A DNA stretch of 64,000 nucleotides from an uncultured delta proteobacterium (GTDB lineage Bacteria > Myxococcota_A > Polyangia > Polyangiales > B10-G4), in NCBI GenBank assembly GCA_963727445.1, contig CAVSGI010000009.1, forward strand, positions 288,001-352,000, given 5' to 3'. Each line of letters starts with the position of its first letter. The stretch's first letter is position 1. This document shows positions 8,723-18,742 of the stretch, in pieces. The translations under genes were made by a program, and so were the position numbers. The notes beneath the pieces were generated by a model, which saw nothing but the letters and a program-made list of their open reading frames with translations, was not told the origin of the DNA and made no database searches.

Positions 8723-9772
8723 TCACCCACTCGGGTCGAAAGGCTCGGCGCCTTCGATCGCGCGTCGGATCGCCCGCAGAGGTCCCTCACATCGCGAGAG
8801 GCGAAGAAGCTCGACGGGTGAGCCGTGCTCGATCGACGAATCCTCCTCCGTGAACGGAAGGAACGGAGCGCTGAAGCCGAAAATCGTCGTGCATTCGCTC
8901 GGCCGATCCGTCGCAGACGCGGCGAGCGTCGTCGACGCCGCCGCGACGTCGCTGAGGGCGTGGCCGCGAGCACCTCGAGTCCCGTAGCGCTCTGGCTCCA
9001 ACGCGCTTCGCACCGGAGACTGAGTGTCGAACGCTTTCATGTCGATCTCGGAAAGGGTCGAATCGCACGAGCCGTCGAAGCGTGACCGGTACTCGCCATC
9101 CGCCTGCGGGAGTAGCAGGTCGTAGGAGCACGACGCGCCCGATCGCTGGACCACGCCCAGGAGGCTGGCTCGTTTCACCTCGTAGCGGTCTGGTACGCCG
9201 CTGACGACCGACTCCGGGACGTGGATGTGAAAGCGCACCTGCGCAGCTTCCTCCTCTTCCCCGGACGCCGTCACGAAGTTGGCGCCTCCGATGAACGTCC
9301 GACAGCGCACCCCATCGCGCTCCATCGGTCCCACTGAGTACATCTCGGCATGTGTAGCCCTGAGGCCGGGTGTGGAGATCTCCGCGCGCCGTCCGCAGGT
9401 GAGTGCCCCGTCGTCGCGCAGGGGCGCGAGCGTCAACGTCAGGGTCGTGGCATCCGCTTCACGCGCGGTGAACGAGACAAGAGACCGGCCCTCGCAGTCG
9501 GCGCTCGTCGCGACGGAGCGCGGGTCGAGCCTCAATCGGTGCCGCTCCGCCCATCGAGGCCGCGCGATGAGCTCGATCTCGCTCTCTCCACAAGGCGCAG
9601 CTGTGGGTGAGTCGTCTTCGAGCGGCGCGGCCGGGGGGGACGGCACGGTCTCGGACGGCACGGTCTGGGACGGCACGGTCTGGGTCGGCGTCGCTGACGC
9701 GCCATCATCGTCCCCACACGCGACGAGCAACAGAGCGAAGAAACCCCACGCGAGTGCATCGCCGCGATTCAC
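8723..9772 (-). CDS. Hypothetical lipoprotein
   Basis: GTG start, LLVAC lipobox, (Q/E)TVPS x3 linker (15-bp repeats near 9638-9682). Confidence 0.65.
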   Translation of the reverse strand: MNRGDALAWGFFALLLVACGDDDGASATPTQTVPSQTVPSETVPSPPAAPLEDDSPTAAPCGESEIELIARPRWAERHRLRLDPRSVATSADCEGRSLVSFTAREADATTLTLTLAPLRDDGALTCGRRAEISTPGLRATHAEMYSVGPMERDGVRCRTFIGGANFVTASGEEEEAAQVRFHIHVPESVVSGVPDRYEVKRASLLGVVQRSGASCSYDLLLPQADGEYRSRFDGSCDSTLSEIDMKAFDTQSPVRSALEPERYGTRGARGHALSDVAAASTTLAASATDRPSECTTIFGFSAPFLPFTEEDSSIEHGSPVELLRLSRCEGPLRAIRRAIEGAEPFDPSG

Positions 9773-10086
9773 GCCCGGAAGAATAGCAAGCGGCGAGCGG
9801 CTTGGCTCCGGGGGTCTCGGGCCGGCGAGCAGAGCGCTCTTCGGTCCGCGCGCTCCGCTCAACGAGGCGGCCGTCGTGCGTAACGAACTCCACGGCCGCG
9901 CCGTAGCCGGTGCCGTCACTCTTACGCACCTTGGCGAGATGGATGCTCGTGCCGTGAGCATCGACGGCTGTCTCGAGGAAGCGGCGCGTGCGTCGCCAGG
10001 AAGAAAGAAAAAGCCTGAACTTTCCCTCTCCGAGGCGTCCAAACTGTCGTGAAAATCCCAGCGCACCTCGTCGTCAGCCGCGACGC

Positions 10087-11514
10087 TCAGATGGCCCGGA
10101 TGGCCATCGCGAAGGTGATCTCGCGCAGGTTGTTGAGCCCCTTGTTGAGCGTGCCGTCGTTGTCCGAGTCACCGACCGCCCAGGTCTCCCAGGTCAGACC
10201 GTCGTCCCTCTGCTGGCAGGCATTGTTGTTCATCCGATCCTGTTGCTGATCGTCGAGCGCCATCAGGAACGCTTGGCCGTTGACCTCGCTGTAGCCATAG
10301 ATGCGCACCATGTGGCCGCTCGTGACCACCTCGCCATTCGGGGTCTGGGCGAGTCGGTTGAAGGCGAGGACGACGGCGTCGCCGTTCTCGAGATGGTCCC
10401 GTATCCAGGGCACGGTCACCGCGCTGCCCATCGCAGGGCTCACCGGATCCGGTTCCACGATCGAATCCGCGCAGTCATCCGGAAGGTCGTCGAGAACGCC
10501 TTGATGCTCGAGCACGACGTCCTGGTTCAAGTCGGTGTTCTCGAGGTAGGCGTAGAGCCCGTTCATCATGCCACCCTGGTTACTGACGTCGAAACAGTAG
10601 GCGATCGAGCCGCCGTTGCAGGTGTCCGTCGCCGGACGCTGCGAGAGCACATCGAGTATGCCGACGAGGCCGGGACCACCGCCGAGACCACGAATGTTCG
10701 GGTGCGGCACATCGAGGCCGAAGGTGCCTTCCAGGTAGGCGAGCGCATTGGCGTATGCGACCGGTCCACACTGGTTCTGCGCCGAGTTGACGTTCTCCTC
10801 AGCCGGCAGGCTCACCGTATACCAACTCTGGACGCCGAGCTCCGGCTCGATCGGCTCTGGGGCGAGGACCGGCGGCGCCTCCGGGGGCTCGGGGGGCAAC
10901 CCATCGGGGGGCGGCACAGTGATGCCCGACGGTTGAGTCATCTGGGTCGTCGCGACCGCGATGGGCAACAGGCGGGCGCGCTCCCACGTCCTGAGGTCCC
11001 GGCCACTGCTGAGCGGCTCGCTGGTGAAGATGACGAGCAAGTCAGTGGTGCGAAGTCGGCTCTCGGTTCCCAGGTTGAAATAGGTACGGACCGGAGGAAC
11101 GAAGGTCGGATCCGCGGCGCGCAAGCGACGAACTCGCTCCGGCCAGTCGTTGTTCGGTTGCGACTGAATCGGCAGGTTGTGCACGACCCATCCGAGCTCG
11201 TTGCGCGCGCTCAGAAAGCCCCGACTCGCGCCTGTCTGGCGCGCGACCGCGATCGGATCGACCGACAGCGCTCCCCAGGCCGACATGCCGCCCTCCTCGA
11301 CGAAGTCGATCTGCTCGACCGCAAATGCGTCGTCATCGAGGACCACCGAGGTGGACCGGGTCGAATCGTCCCGTGACCGCGAAAGGCTCCCATCGCCGCT
11401 GCGAAGAGCGCCACTCTGGAAGCCAGCCTCCCCCCCGGCGTCCGCCGCGCAGCCCCCCAGTCCAGCCGAGGCCAGCAGAATCGCGAGCACTGAATGAAGA
11501 CGATACCGATGCAT
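10087..11514 (-). CDS. Secreted lipoprotein with C-terminal papain-like (C39-like) cysteine peptidase domain
   Basis: GAGGAG RBS, LGGC lipobox, QNQCGPVAYANALAYL (Gln/Cys) and SGHMVRIYGY (His). Confidence 0.75.
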   Translation of the reverse strand: MHRYRLHSVLAILLASAGLGGCAADAGGEAGFQSGALRSGDGSLSRSRDDSTRSTSVVLDDDAFAVEQIDFVEEGGMSAWGALSVDPIAVARQTGASRGFLSARNELGWVVHNLPIQSQPNNDWPERVRRLRAADPTFVPPVRTYFNLGTESRLRTTDLLVIFTSEPLSSGRDLRTWERARLLPIAVATTQMTQPSGITVPPPDGLPPEPPEAPPVLAPEPIEPELGVQSWYTVSLPAEENVNSAQNQCGPVAYANALAYLEGTFGLDVPHPNIRGLGGGPGLVGILDVLSQRPATDTCNGGSIAYCFDVSNQGGMMNGLYAYLENTDLNQDVVLEHQGVLDDLPDDCADSIVEPDPVSPAMGSAVTVPWIRDHLENGDAVVLAFNRLAQTPNGEVVTSGHMVRIYGYSEVNGQAFLMALDDQQQDRMNNNACQQRDDGLTWETWAVGDSDNDGTLNKGLNNLREITFAMAIRAI

Positions 11515-11607
11515 TTCCGTTTCTCCTCTTGGGGGCCGACTTAGGCCAGGGGGCGGAGGGGGCCGGCCTGAGGCCCCCAGAACCTGGCCAACCCGCATGG
11601 ATGAACA

Positions 11608-11622
11608 GCAACGGGCATGCCG
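11608..11622 (-). promoter_or_regulatory. Putative sigma54 -24/-12 promoter of the cysteine peptidase gene
   Basis: Minus strand CGGCAT-GCCCG-TTGC fits TGGCAC-N5-TTGC, about 95 nt upstream of the ATG. Confidence 0.55.
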
Positions 11623-11811
11623 ACGCGTTCGCAGCGGTACTGACACCACATTGACTCGCGATTCGCGTCGATGAATGCAGCATCGGAATGGACCAGGTGG
11701 ACCACTGAACCAGCTGGTCCACGCGCCGCGAACGTCGCTGCTGAGTAAGAGCCCGGTAAAAGGGGGGAGCTCGAAGGAATCGCGACGAGGGCGCGCTTCG
11801 TACACCTGGTC

Positions 11812-12708
11812 ATGAGGCAATGGTGGGTGATCGGGGCGGTGCTGCTCGCGGCGAGCGTGGCGACACCAGTGGCGGCGCAGCGAGGAAGAGCAGGACGAGC
11901 GGGGCACGCGCCCTTCTACTTCGGCGGTCCGCTCGGGCTGCGTGACGCGACGGAGGAGCAGATCGCGGCGCTGCTTCCGCGCGCGGACTGGGTCGACGAT
12001 GTGGATCGAGTCGAGGCGTACGTCCCCGTGTCGGACGCGGGGACCGGCGTGGTCGTTCTCGAGCGGATCCGCGCGACCCAGGGCTCGGACGTGTTCCTCT
12101 GCATCGATCACGACGGCCGCCATCGCTGCGGTGCCTTCGACGTCGGTCGCGAGGGCTGGGAGCTGATCCGTATCGTCCAGCGTGTCGAGCCCCTCGACGA
12201 CGACACCTACGTCGTCGAGTCGGCGATGCGCATGGACGGCGGCAACGGGGAAGGAAGCGGCGCGTATGGGAGCGCCGAGCTCCATCTCGTCGACGTGGTA
12301 GGGGACGATCTCGCCCGCCGCGGCTGGGTGCCGATCAGCGGGATGGAGTGGATGACGATCAACGCATGCGGCTGGGACGAGCCCTGCTACGTTCGACAGG
12401 TGCGCCGCGCGCACATCCCTTGGTCGGTCACTGCGCCGGGACGCTTACGCCTCGGCGCCGTTCGCGCGGAGCGCGTCGTCGCCGACGGGCTCTTTCGCGC
12501 GTACCGGACGCCTCCCGGGCGTTCCCGCGCCCACGGGCCGAAGCGTCTGCGCGGACGCGCCGCGGCCACCGTGCTCGCCCTCGGCTTCCCCGAAGTCCGT
12601 GCGGGCGAGACGCTCCTTCCCGTCGGCCGCGATCTGCGAGGCTGCTATGACGACGAGGGCACGACCCTGACACGCGTCGGTTGCCGCCAAACGGGGAGCA
12701 GGCCCTAG
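11812..12708 (+). CDS. Hypothetical secreted protein
   Basis: Signal peptide-like N-terminus ending VAA-Q; 298 aa ORF with coding-type codon bias. Confidence 0.65.
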   Translation: MRQWWVIGAVLLAASVATPVAAQRGRAGRAGHAPFYFGGPLGLRDATEEQIAALLPRADWVDDVDRVEAYVPVSDAGTGVVVLERIRATQGSDVFLCIDHDGRHRCGAFDVGREGWELIRIVQRVEPLDDDTYVVESAMRMDGGNGEGSGAYGSAELHLVDVVGDDLARRGWVPISGMEWMTINACGWDEPCYVRQVRRAHIPWSVTAPGRLRLGAVRAERVVADGLFRAYRTPPGRSRAHGPKRLRGRAAATVLALGFPEVRAGETLLPVGRDLRGCYDDEGTTLTRVGCRQTGSRP

Positions 12709-12893
12709 CGCGGACGCAGGTCTGCCACTCCAGTGGCCCTTGCTCCAACGGGTGGCGGCCAGGCGCCTACATCCCAACTATCCTCCCGGCGTCAAGTCGA
12801 GTACTTCGACGTCTCGTCGAGGGCGTGCTGCGCGGCTCTGGCGATTCGGGATCGTCGCGGGTGGCCAGCCACTGGTCCGGGCCGGGCGGCGGC

Positions 12894-13592
12894 TCAAGGC
12901 GTGACGCGGCCGACCGCCGCGTCGCGCGCGGTGTAGAGCGCGTGAAGCGCGTCGGCGACCTTCGCCGGATCGAGCGTCGCTTGTCCGACGTCGAGCGGGG
13001 TGCCCTTGACGATGCCGAGGACGAGGAGCTCACCGACGAAGATGCCCTCCGGCTTCAGCTCGTGGTGGAGGAGGTTGGCGAGCTTGTGCTGCGCGGCTTT
13101 CGCGAGCCCCATGCCCATCGCGCCATAGCGAACGACCATCTCGTTGACCTCGTCCTCATCCAAGGCGAACCCGCCGCCGGTCACCAGGACGGCTGAAGTG
13201 CCCTTCTGCGCGCGCATGTCCTCCAGCGAGGCTTGAAGCGCGGCGACGAGACCGACGACGCCGACGTCGTAGAGCTTGCGCAGGTCCTCCATCGAGGCCG
13301 TGAGGAGATCGCCCGCCACGGGCGCGTAGGCGTTGTAGTGGATCGCGGTGATCGACCCGAGCGTCGCGCGCACATCACCGATCATCTTCTTCACGGCGTC
13401 GGGCTCGCCCAGATCGCAGGCGAAGCCCTTCGAGGCGATGCCCGCGTCGCCGAGATCGCGCGCCCCGGCGGCGACCTTCTCCGCGCTCCGCGCGACCAGC
13501 GCGACCTGGAAACCCTCGCCACCGAACTTGCGCGCCACGGCCTGGGAGATCCCGGGACCGTAGCCGCACACCACGATCGTCTTGGTCGTCAT
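12894..13592 (-). CDS. Short-chain dehydrogenase/reductase
   Basis: IVVCGYGPGIS Rossmann motif, LVARS, HYNA, LVTGGG, LAKAAQ. Confidence 0.9.
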   Translation of the reverse strand: MTTKTIVVCGYGPGISQAVARKFGGEGFQVALVARSAEKVAAGARDLGDAGIASKGFACDLGEPDAVKKMIGDVRATLGSITAIHYNAYAPVAGDLLTASMEDLRKLYDVGVVGLVAALQASLEDMRAQKGTSAVLVTGGGFALDEDEVNEMVVRYGAMGMGLAKAAQHKLANLLHHELKPEGIFVGELLVLGIVKGTPLDVGQATLDPAKVADALHALYTARDAAVGRVTP

Positions 13593-13613
13593 GATGCGGT
13601 GTTCTACCACAGC

Positions 13614-13793
13614 GCGGACGTGGCTCGCGCCCAGTGCCAGAACGGCGCCGCAAATCGCCGACCTGGTTTCAAGCGCCCTTCACGGCGCCCGGCGTCATTC
13701 CGGCCTCAGGTGCGACTCGCCATCGCTCCTTGCGCCGCGCAGCCCACCATCTGGGCTCGTCACTCCTCCGCCAACCTGGTCACGATCTCCCCC
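13614..13793. mobile_element. Rearranged non-autonomous derivative of the HUH element
   Basis: 13614-13672 resembles the reverse complement of 3991-4050; 13672-13692 matches 5040-5060; 13693-13793 matches ~5190-5290 including the terminal motif. Confidence 0.88.
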
Positions 13794-13845
13794 GCGCCCG
13801 ACTCGACGAAAGCGCGCGAAGCGCGCCATCATCGGCGGGTCGGCC

Positions 13846-14825
13846 ATGTCCAACTTCTTCGAGCTCTCGACGCGCGTCCTTTCGTGCGACCACTGCGGTG
13901 CCCCGGTGGAGGTGCCGATCGAAGGCGGCCAGGTGTCCTGTCGCTACTGCAACGCGACGGTGATCGTGACGGCGCGGCCGGTGATCCAGCCGCGCGCCGC
14001 CACGTCCGCAGACGTGAGTGTGGTGGCGGAAGGGACGCGGCTCGCGAAGCTGCGAGAGCAGAATCCCAACGCGGAGATCCCGCCGCTTCACCTCCTCCGA
14101 CTCTGCTCCGGCCTGCTGCTCGAGACGGACAAGCGCCCGCGCGCCCTCGAGCTCTTTCAGGCCGCGCGAAAGAAGCTCGCGGAGGGCGACGACGCGGAGG
14201 CGGAGCGAGACCTCTACTTCCTGGCCATCCTCTTTTCGAACTACTACCGGAAGGAAGGCGACTACCTGCGCCTCCGCGCCTTCCTCGAGTCCGCCCTCGA
14301 AGCGGCCCCCGCTCCGAGGATCTCAACGCCGACACCGACTACCGAGCGAGCCGGGCGTTTCTCGCGATCGTGCGGGGCGACTTCGCGGACGTCCTCGAGA
14401 CCCTGGGCGAGAAGTACGGCGACGTTCCGATCGCCGGTGACAGCACTGCCATGTGCTCCCTCTACCGGGCGCACGCCCTCGAGATGACGAAGGGGGCCGA
14501 CGCGGCGGCGGGTGAGCTCGTCCGGATGGCGGAGCGCTCCCAAGCCGACTGGTTCGCGACGAAGCGGGCGCGAAAGAACAACGAGAAGACCGGCCTGGTC
14601 CTGTGTCCGGAGAGCTACGCGATCGCCCACAAGAGGCTCCCGTGGTCGAAGACCAGCCCCTACGCGACCCCGCTCAGCTACGCTGCCGTCCTGGCCATGG
14701 CGCTCGGGATCATGGCCCTCCTGGGAGCGTCGACGACCGCTTTGGCCGTCGTCGGAGGCTTGGGTGGTGTCTTGGTGCTCATCATCGCGCGGAAGTGGAT
14801 CGCGATGGGACGCGACAGCGAGTAG
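13846..14825 (+). CDS. Zn-ribbon / TPR-like / C-terminal TM protein, frameshifted near 14305-14315
   Basis: CDHCGAP...CRYC zinc ribbon; coding sense continues in another frame to two hydrophobic helices and TAG at 14825. Confidence 0.6.
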
Positions 14826-14877
14826 CGCCCGGCGCGCTCAGCTCCGGCATCCCCCGCGCGGCTTCGGCCTTCACCCC

Positions 14878-14981
14878 GACGACGGTCCGCCGGACAACGC
14901 GACGGTACGTCCTCTTCCGGCCGGATAGAGAAGGAAAGGTAGCGGAGATCTTCTGGTATTGCCTCGCCGTCGCGGCGAAGA
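14878..14981 (+). pseudogene. 104-bp fragment of the HUH transposase 5' coding region
   Basis: Ungapped match to 4144-4247 with about 7 substitutions (TTVRRTTRRYVLFRPDREGKVAEIFWYCLAVAAK). Confidence 0.9.
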
Positions 14982-14999
14982 TGCTACCGAGAGAAGAGT

Positions 15000-16052
15000 A
15001 TGAGGAATTCACGACGACGCTGGCCGGCGACCGCGCACCTCGCTGTGCGTGTCGCACTCGCATCGGCGGTGTCGATGCCCGTGACCGCCTGGGCATGTGC
15101 CCTCGTGGCCCTGCCGAACGAAGCCGTGCAGGTCGATGGGGAAGAGGTGCTGATTCTCTGGGACGCCGACAGCGGCAAGGAGCATCTGATTCGGCACATC
15201 GGCTTTCGTGGAGACGCGACGCACTTCGGGTTCCTCGTGCCGACGCCGGGGGAGCCGGAGGTGGCCGAGGTGGAGGGCGACCCCTTCGGCGTGCTCTTCG
15301 ATCTCTACTACCGCCCTCCACCGCCGCCGCCACTGTCGCGGACGCGTTCGCGTCAGAGCTCGATGGAGCTCGCATCGCCGTGGGACTCCAACGTCGAGGT
15401 CGTGGCCGAGCATCACGTGGCGGGGCAGACGGCGACCGTGCTCCGCGCGGCAGACGCGAGCGCCCTCGACGACTGGCTCGCCGAAAACGGCTACCCGTCG
15501 GGGCCAGCGCTCGAAGCGTACGTCCGGCCCTACGTCGCCCGTGGATGGATGATCACCGCCTTCAAGTACGACAAAGAACAGCCCCAGGTCGACAGCCCGA
15601 CCATCAGCCTGAGCTTCGACACCGACACCCCGTTCTTTCCCTACGCTGAACCTATCGGGCACCGCCCGGCGCGCCCCTTCCGCCTCAGCGTCGTCGCGCC
15701 CACACCGATGCGCGCACACCTCTCGCGCGCATCTGCTCGCGGCGCGCGGTGGCGCGCCCGCATCGGCTATCGCAACGAGCTCATCGAGCAGCAACGCGTA
15801 CGCCTCCTCGACGAGGCGGGGGTCACCCTGCCGGAAGGCACACTGCATCTGACCACCTGGGACGAGCCACGGAGCCGCCGCGGTCGGCGTGACCTCTACT
15901 TCGCGGTGCAGCGTAGGGCGCACCCGATCCGCGGCAGGATCCGGACGCGCATCGTTGCGCCGCGGCCGCGGGCACGCGCGCCCGTCGGGGAGCCCTTCCG
16001 GCAACCTTTCCGAGGGGTGCGGTCGCATCGACGCAGCGGGGGAGAGTCGTAG
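15000..16052 (+). CDS. DUF2330-like secreted protein
   Basis: AWAC signal end, EEVLILWD...EHLIR, FGFLVPTP, LDDWLAENGY, PYVARGW. Confidence 0.75.
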   Translation: MRNSRRRWPATAHLAVRVALASAVSMPVTAWACALVALPNEAVQVDGEEVLILWDADSGKEHLIRHIGFRGDATHFGFLVPTPGEPEVAEVEGDPFGVLFDLYYRPPPPPPLSRTRSRQSSMELASPWDSNVEVVAEHHVAGQTATVLRAADASALDDWLAENGYPSGPALEAYVRPYVARGWMITAFKYDKEQPQVDSPTISLSFDTDTPFFPYAEPIGHRPARPFRLSVVAPTPMRAHLSRASARGARWRARIGYRNELIEQQRVRLLDEAGVTLPEGTLHLTTWDEPRSRRGRRDLYFAVQRRAHPIRGRIRTRIVAPRPRARAPVGEPFRQPFRGVRSHRRSGGES

Positions 16053-16195
16053 GCGACGTGGATGGCGCGATCGACCGCCCCCAGCAGCGCAGTGCTAGCG
16101 CGTGCAGCAAGGCGCGGGTGGAACAAGAACATCTTGGCGATCCGAACGGTTGGGGGACGAGCTCCGTCCCCCTGTGGCGGCCGAACGAACCAGGC

Positions 16196-17227
16196 TCAGA
16201 GGCCGTCGGGCGTACAGGTGAGCACCATTCGCCCGTCGACCGGGTTCGTGGTCTCCATCGGATAGGTGTTCGGCACGAGGTCGCAGCTGGGGTCGGTGTC
16301 GTCGACCCGACGAAGGCAGAGGCCGTCGCTGGTGCCGGAGCTCGTCGCCGCGCAGAAGGTGCCCGGCCGGCCAGCCCGGTCGGGGCAATATTGGGTGCAC
16401 GGCTCGGTGCAGAAGAAGCTGGGGTGACAGAAGGCGTCGCTCTCGGGCGTTCCGTCGCCGCAGTCCTCGTCGACCGCGCACGAGTCGCCGATGAAGCCGC
16501 GGGGCACGACGCGCGGCGGCCGCGGGCCGATGGAGTCGCCGAAGACGATCTCGGCATCGGGAGCGTAGAGGGCCGCTTCGACACCCACGTCGACCTCGTC
16601 ACCATTCGCGTCGAGCTCCACTTCCTGCTGAATCGACACCGGGGTCGAGGCGAAATCCTTGACCGCGTAGAAGAGCTCGACGATGTCGGGCTTCTCCATG
16701 CGCATGCAGCCGTGAGAGACGTAGCCGCGCCGGAGCGGATGGGTGATCGGGCCGTGAAGGCCGTAGGTGTTGGCACCGGCCGCATTGCGAATGTTCAGAC
16801 GCAGGAAGGGCAGGCCCTCGAAATACGACGGCTCCCAGCGAGCCGGCACGTAGTACCAGCCATCGTTCGTATCCGGACTCGTCAGGTAGTGGCCGGTAGG
16901 CGTGATGCTGTAGCCGCTCGATCCGAGCTTGCCGACGCCGGTGGGATAGACGCGGCTGAAGCCCGTCTGTCGATCGAAGAGGTGGACCGTCTGCTTGCTG
17001 AGCGAGACGATGATCTCGGGCGCGACGAGGCCGGCGGGAGGCGGGATCTCGTAGGGAAGAGGTCGATCCTCTTTGTCCTCGAGGGAGTAGCGTTCCTGGT
17101 CCCCCTGAACACCCTCGTCGTAGCCATCGGGCGGCCCGTCGAGCTGCTCCGCGGCACAGCCCACGAGCGGCGCGAGCAAGAAAAGCGAGTACGAGATACG
17201 CAAAGCACCGAGACGACCACCCATCAT
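16196..17227 (-). CDS. L,D-transpeptidase (YkuD) family lipoprotein with Cys-rich C-terminus
   Basis: YPTGVG, TPTG, YGLHG...VSHGCMRM catalytic motif; LVGC lipobox. Confidence 0.9.
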   Translation of the reverse strand: MMGGRLGALRISYSLFLLAPLVGCAAEQLDGPPDGYDEGVQGDQERYSLEDKEDRPLPYEIPPPAGLVAPEIIVSLSKQTVHLFDRQTGFSRVYPTGVGKLGSSGYSITPTGHYLTSPDTNDGWYYVPARWEPSYFEGLPFLRLNIRNAAGANTYGLHGPITHPLRRGYVSHGCMRMEKPDIVELFYAVKDFASTPVSIQQEVELDANGDEVDVGVEAALYAPDAEIVFGDSIGPRPPRVVPRGFIGDSCAVDEDCGDGTPESDAFCHPSFFCTEPCTQYCPDRAGRPGTFCAATSSGTSDGLCLRRVDDTDPSCDLVPNTYPMETTNPVDGRMVLTCTPDGL

Positions 17228-17278
17228 GGGTTCCTTTATAGCAAGAGCCCCAATCCAGGCGAATTCGGATGGGGCGCC

Positions 17279-18742
17279 GGGGAGATGATCGTAACCCGGT
17301 TGGCGCCGAGCCAGGGACGCCAGCACCACTGAGGGCCGAAAGTCGCGACAAAACCGCCGGTGGCGGCCGCCGGCGGAGTGGCGGACTTTCGCCACATGAT
17401 CGGCGTAAGTGGTTGAAATGAGGTCGCCGATTTGTGGCGCCGTTCTGGCAGTGGGCGCGGAGCCATGTCCGCCCTCCGCAAGCCAAAAACCGCCTACGAC
17501 CGCCACCTGCGCAGCCGACGACGTCGGCGCAGCCGTCGTAAGCGCGTCCTGAAGGGCAAGATCTGGACGACGGTCCGCCGGACGACGCGACGTTACTTCC
17601 TCTTCCGGCCGGATGAAGAAGGAAAGGTAGCGGAGATCTTCTGGTACTGCCTCGCAGTCGCGGCGAAGAAGCACGGCATCGCCGTGCATGCCGCGGTGCT
17701 GATGTCGACGCACATCCACCTCGTCTACACCGACGTGCGCGGCGTGCAGCCCGACTTCAAGCGTGACTTCCACCGCACCTTCGCCCAGGGCCTGAAGGCG
17801 CTGCTCGGCTGGCCCGAGGAGGTCTTCAACAAGTACTTGGGCGGTGAGCACGAGCCGCTCACGGCCGACGCGGTCGCGGACGACATCGCCTACCTCATCG
17901 CCAATCCGGTCTCGGCCTTCGCCGTCCGCTACGCGAAGGACTGGCCCGGGGCCCAGACGCTGCCGAGGGACATCGGCCGGCGCGTCATCGAGGTGGCGCG
18001 GCCTGACGGCTACTTCGACGCCAACAATCCCGACTGGCCCGCGAAGGCGACGCTTCGCCTCGAGATGCCGGAGTGCCTCGTGACCATGTACGGAGAGGAC
18101 GGAGCGCGCGCGAACCTCGCGCGTCGCGTGCGCGACTACGAGCGCGCGGCGTTCGCCGAGGCGAAGCAAGAGGGGATCGCCTTCAAGGGGGTGCGTCGGT
18201 GCATGCGGGTGGCGCGCACGGCACGTGCGCGGAGCTGGGAGCTCTTCGGCAAGCTCAATCCTCGCTTCAAGGCCAGCGGTGACCTGGGCGCGGCGCGCGC
18301 CGCCATCGAAGAAAACGCGCAGTTCGACGAGGACTACGAAGCAGCGCTCGCGCGCTGGACCGCGGGCGACCGGCGGGTCGTCTTCCCTCACGGCACGTGG
18401 TGGATGCGCGTCCATCACGGGGTGCGGGTCGCACCCGCCCCGCGACGTCGCCTCTCTTCGTAGCGCCCTTCACGGCGCCCGGTCGGGCTCCCTGCGTGTC
18501 TGCGCCGAGCGCGGACACGCAGCGGCGCGTCCGTCGGTCGCGTCCGACGCGACGCATGACGGTGACGGCGGTCGATTCCGCTCGAGGCGTGCGGTGATCC
18601 GCGACGCGCGGCGTCATTCCGGCCTCAGATCCGACGCGCCATCGCTCCTTGCGCCGCTCCGCCCACCATCTGGGCTCATCACTCCTCCGCCAACCTGGTC
18701 ACGATCTCCCCCCGCCTCCGCCAACCTGGTCACGATCTCCCC
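17279..18742 (+). mobile_element. HUH/Y1 (RAYT-like) transposase element, copy 2
   Basis: Left motif variant GGGGAGATGATCGTAACCCGGTTGGCG; right motif twice (18688-18713, 18719-18742) plus partial CACGATCTC at 18751. Confidence 0.9.
17465..18463 (+). CDS. HUH Y1 tyrosine transposase, protein identical to copy 1
   Basis: Translations of 4010..5041 and 17432..18463 are the same in the ORF track. Confidence 0.88.
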   Translation: MSALRKPKTAYDRHLRSRRRRRSRRKRVLKGKIWTTVRRTTRRYFLFRPDEEGKVAEIFWYCLAVAAKKHGIAVHAAVLMSTHIHLVYTDVRGVQPDFKRDFHRTFAQGLKALLGWPEEVFNKYLGGEHEPLTADAVADDIAYLIANPVSAFAVRYAKDWPGAQTLPRDIGRRVIEVARPDGYFDANNPDWPAKATLRLEMPECLVTMYGEDGARANLARRVRDYERAAFAEAKQEGIAFKGVRRCMRVARTARARSWELFGKLNPRFKASGDLGAARAAIEENAQFDEDYEAALARWTAGDRRVVFPHGTWWMRVHHGVRVAPAPRRRLSS

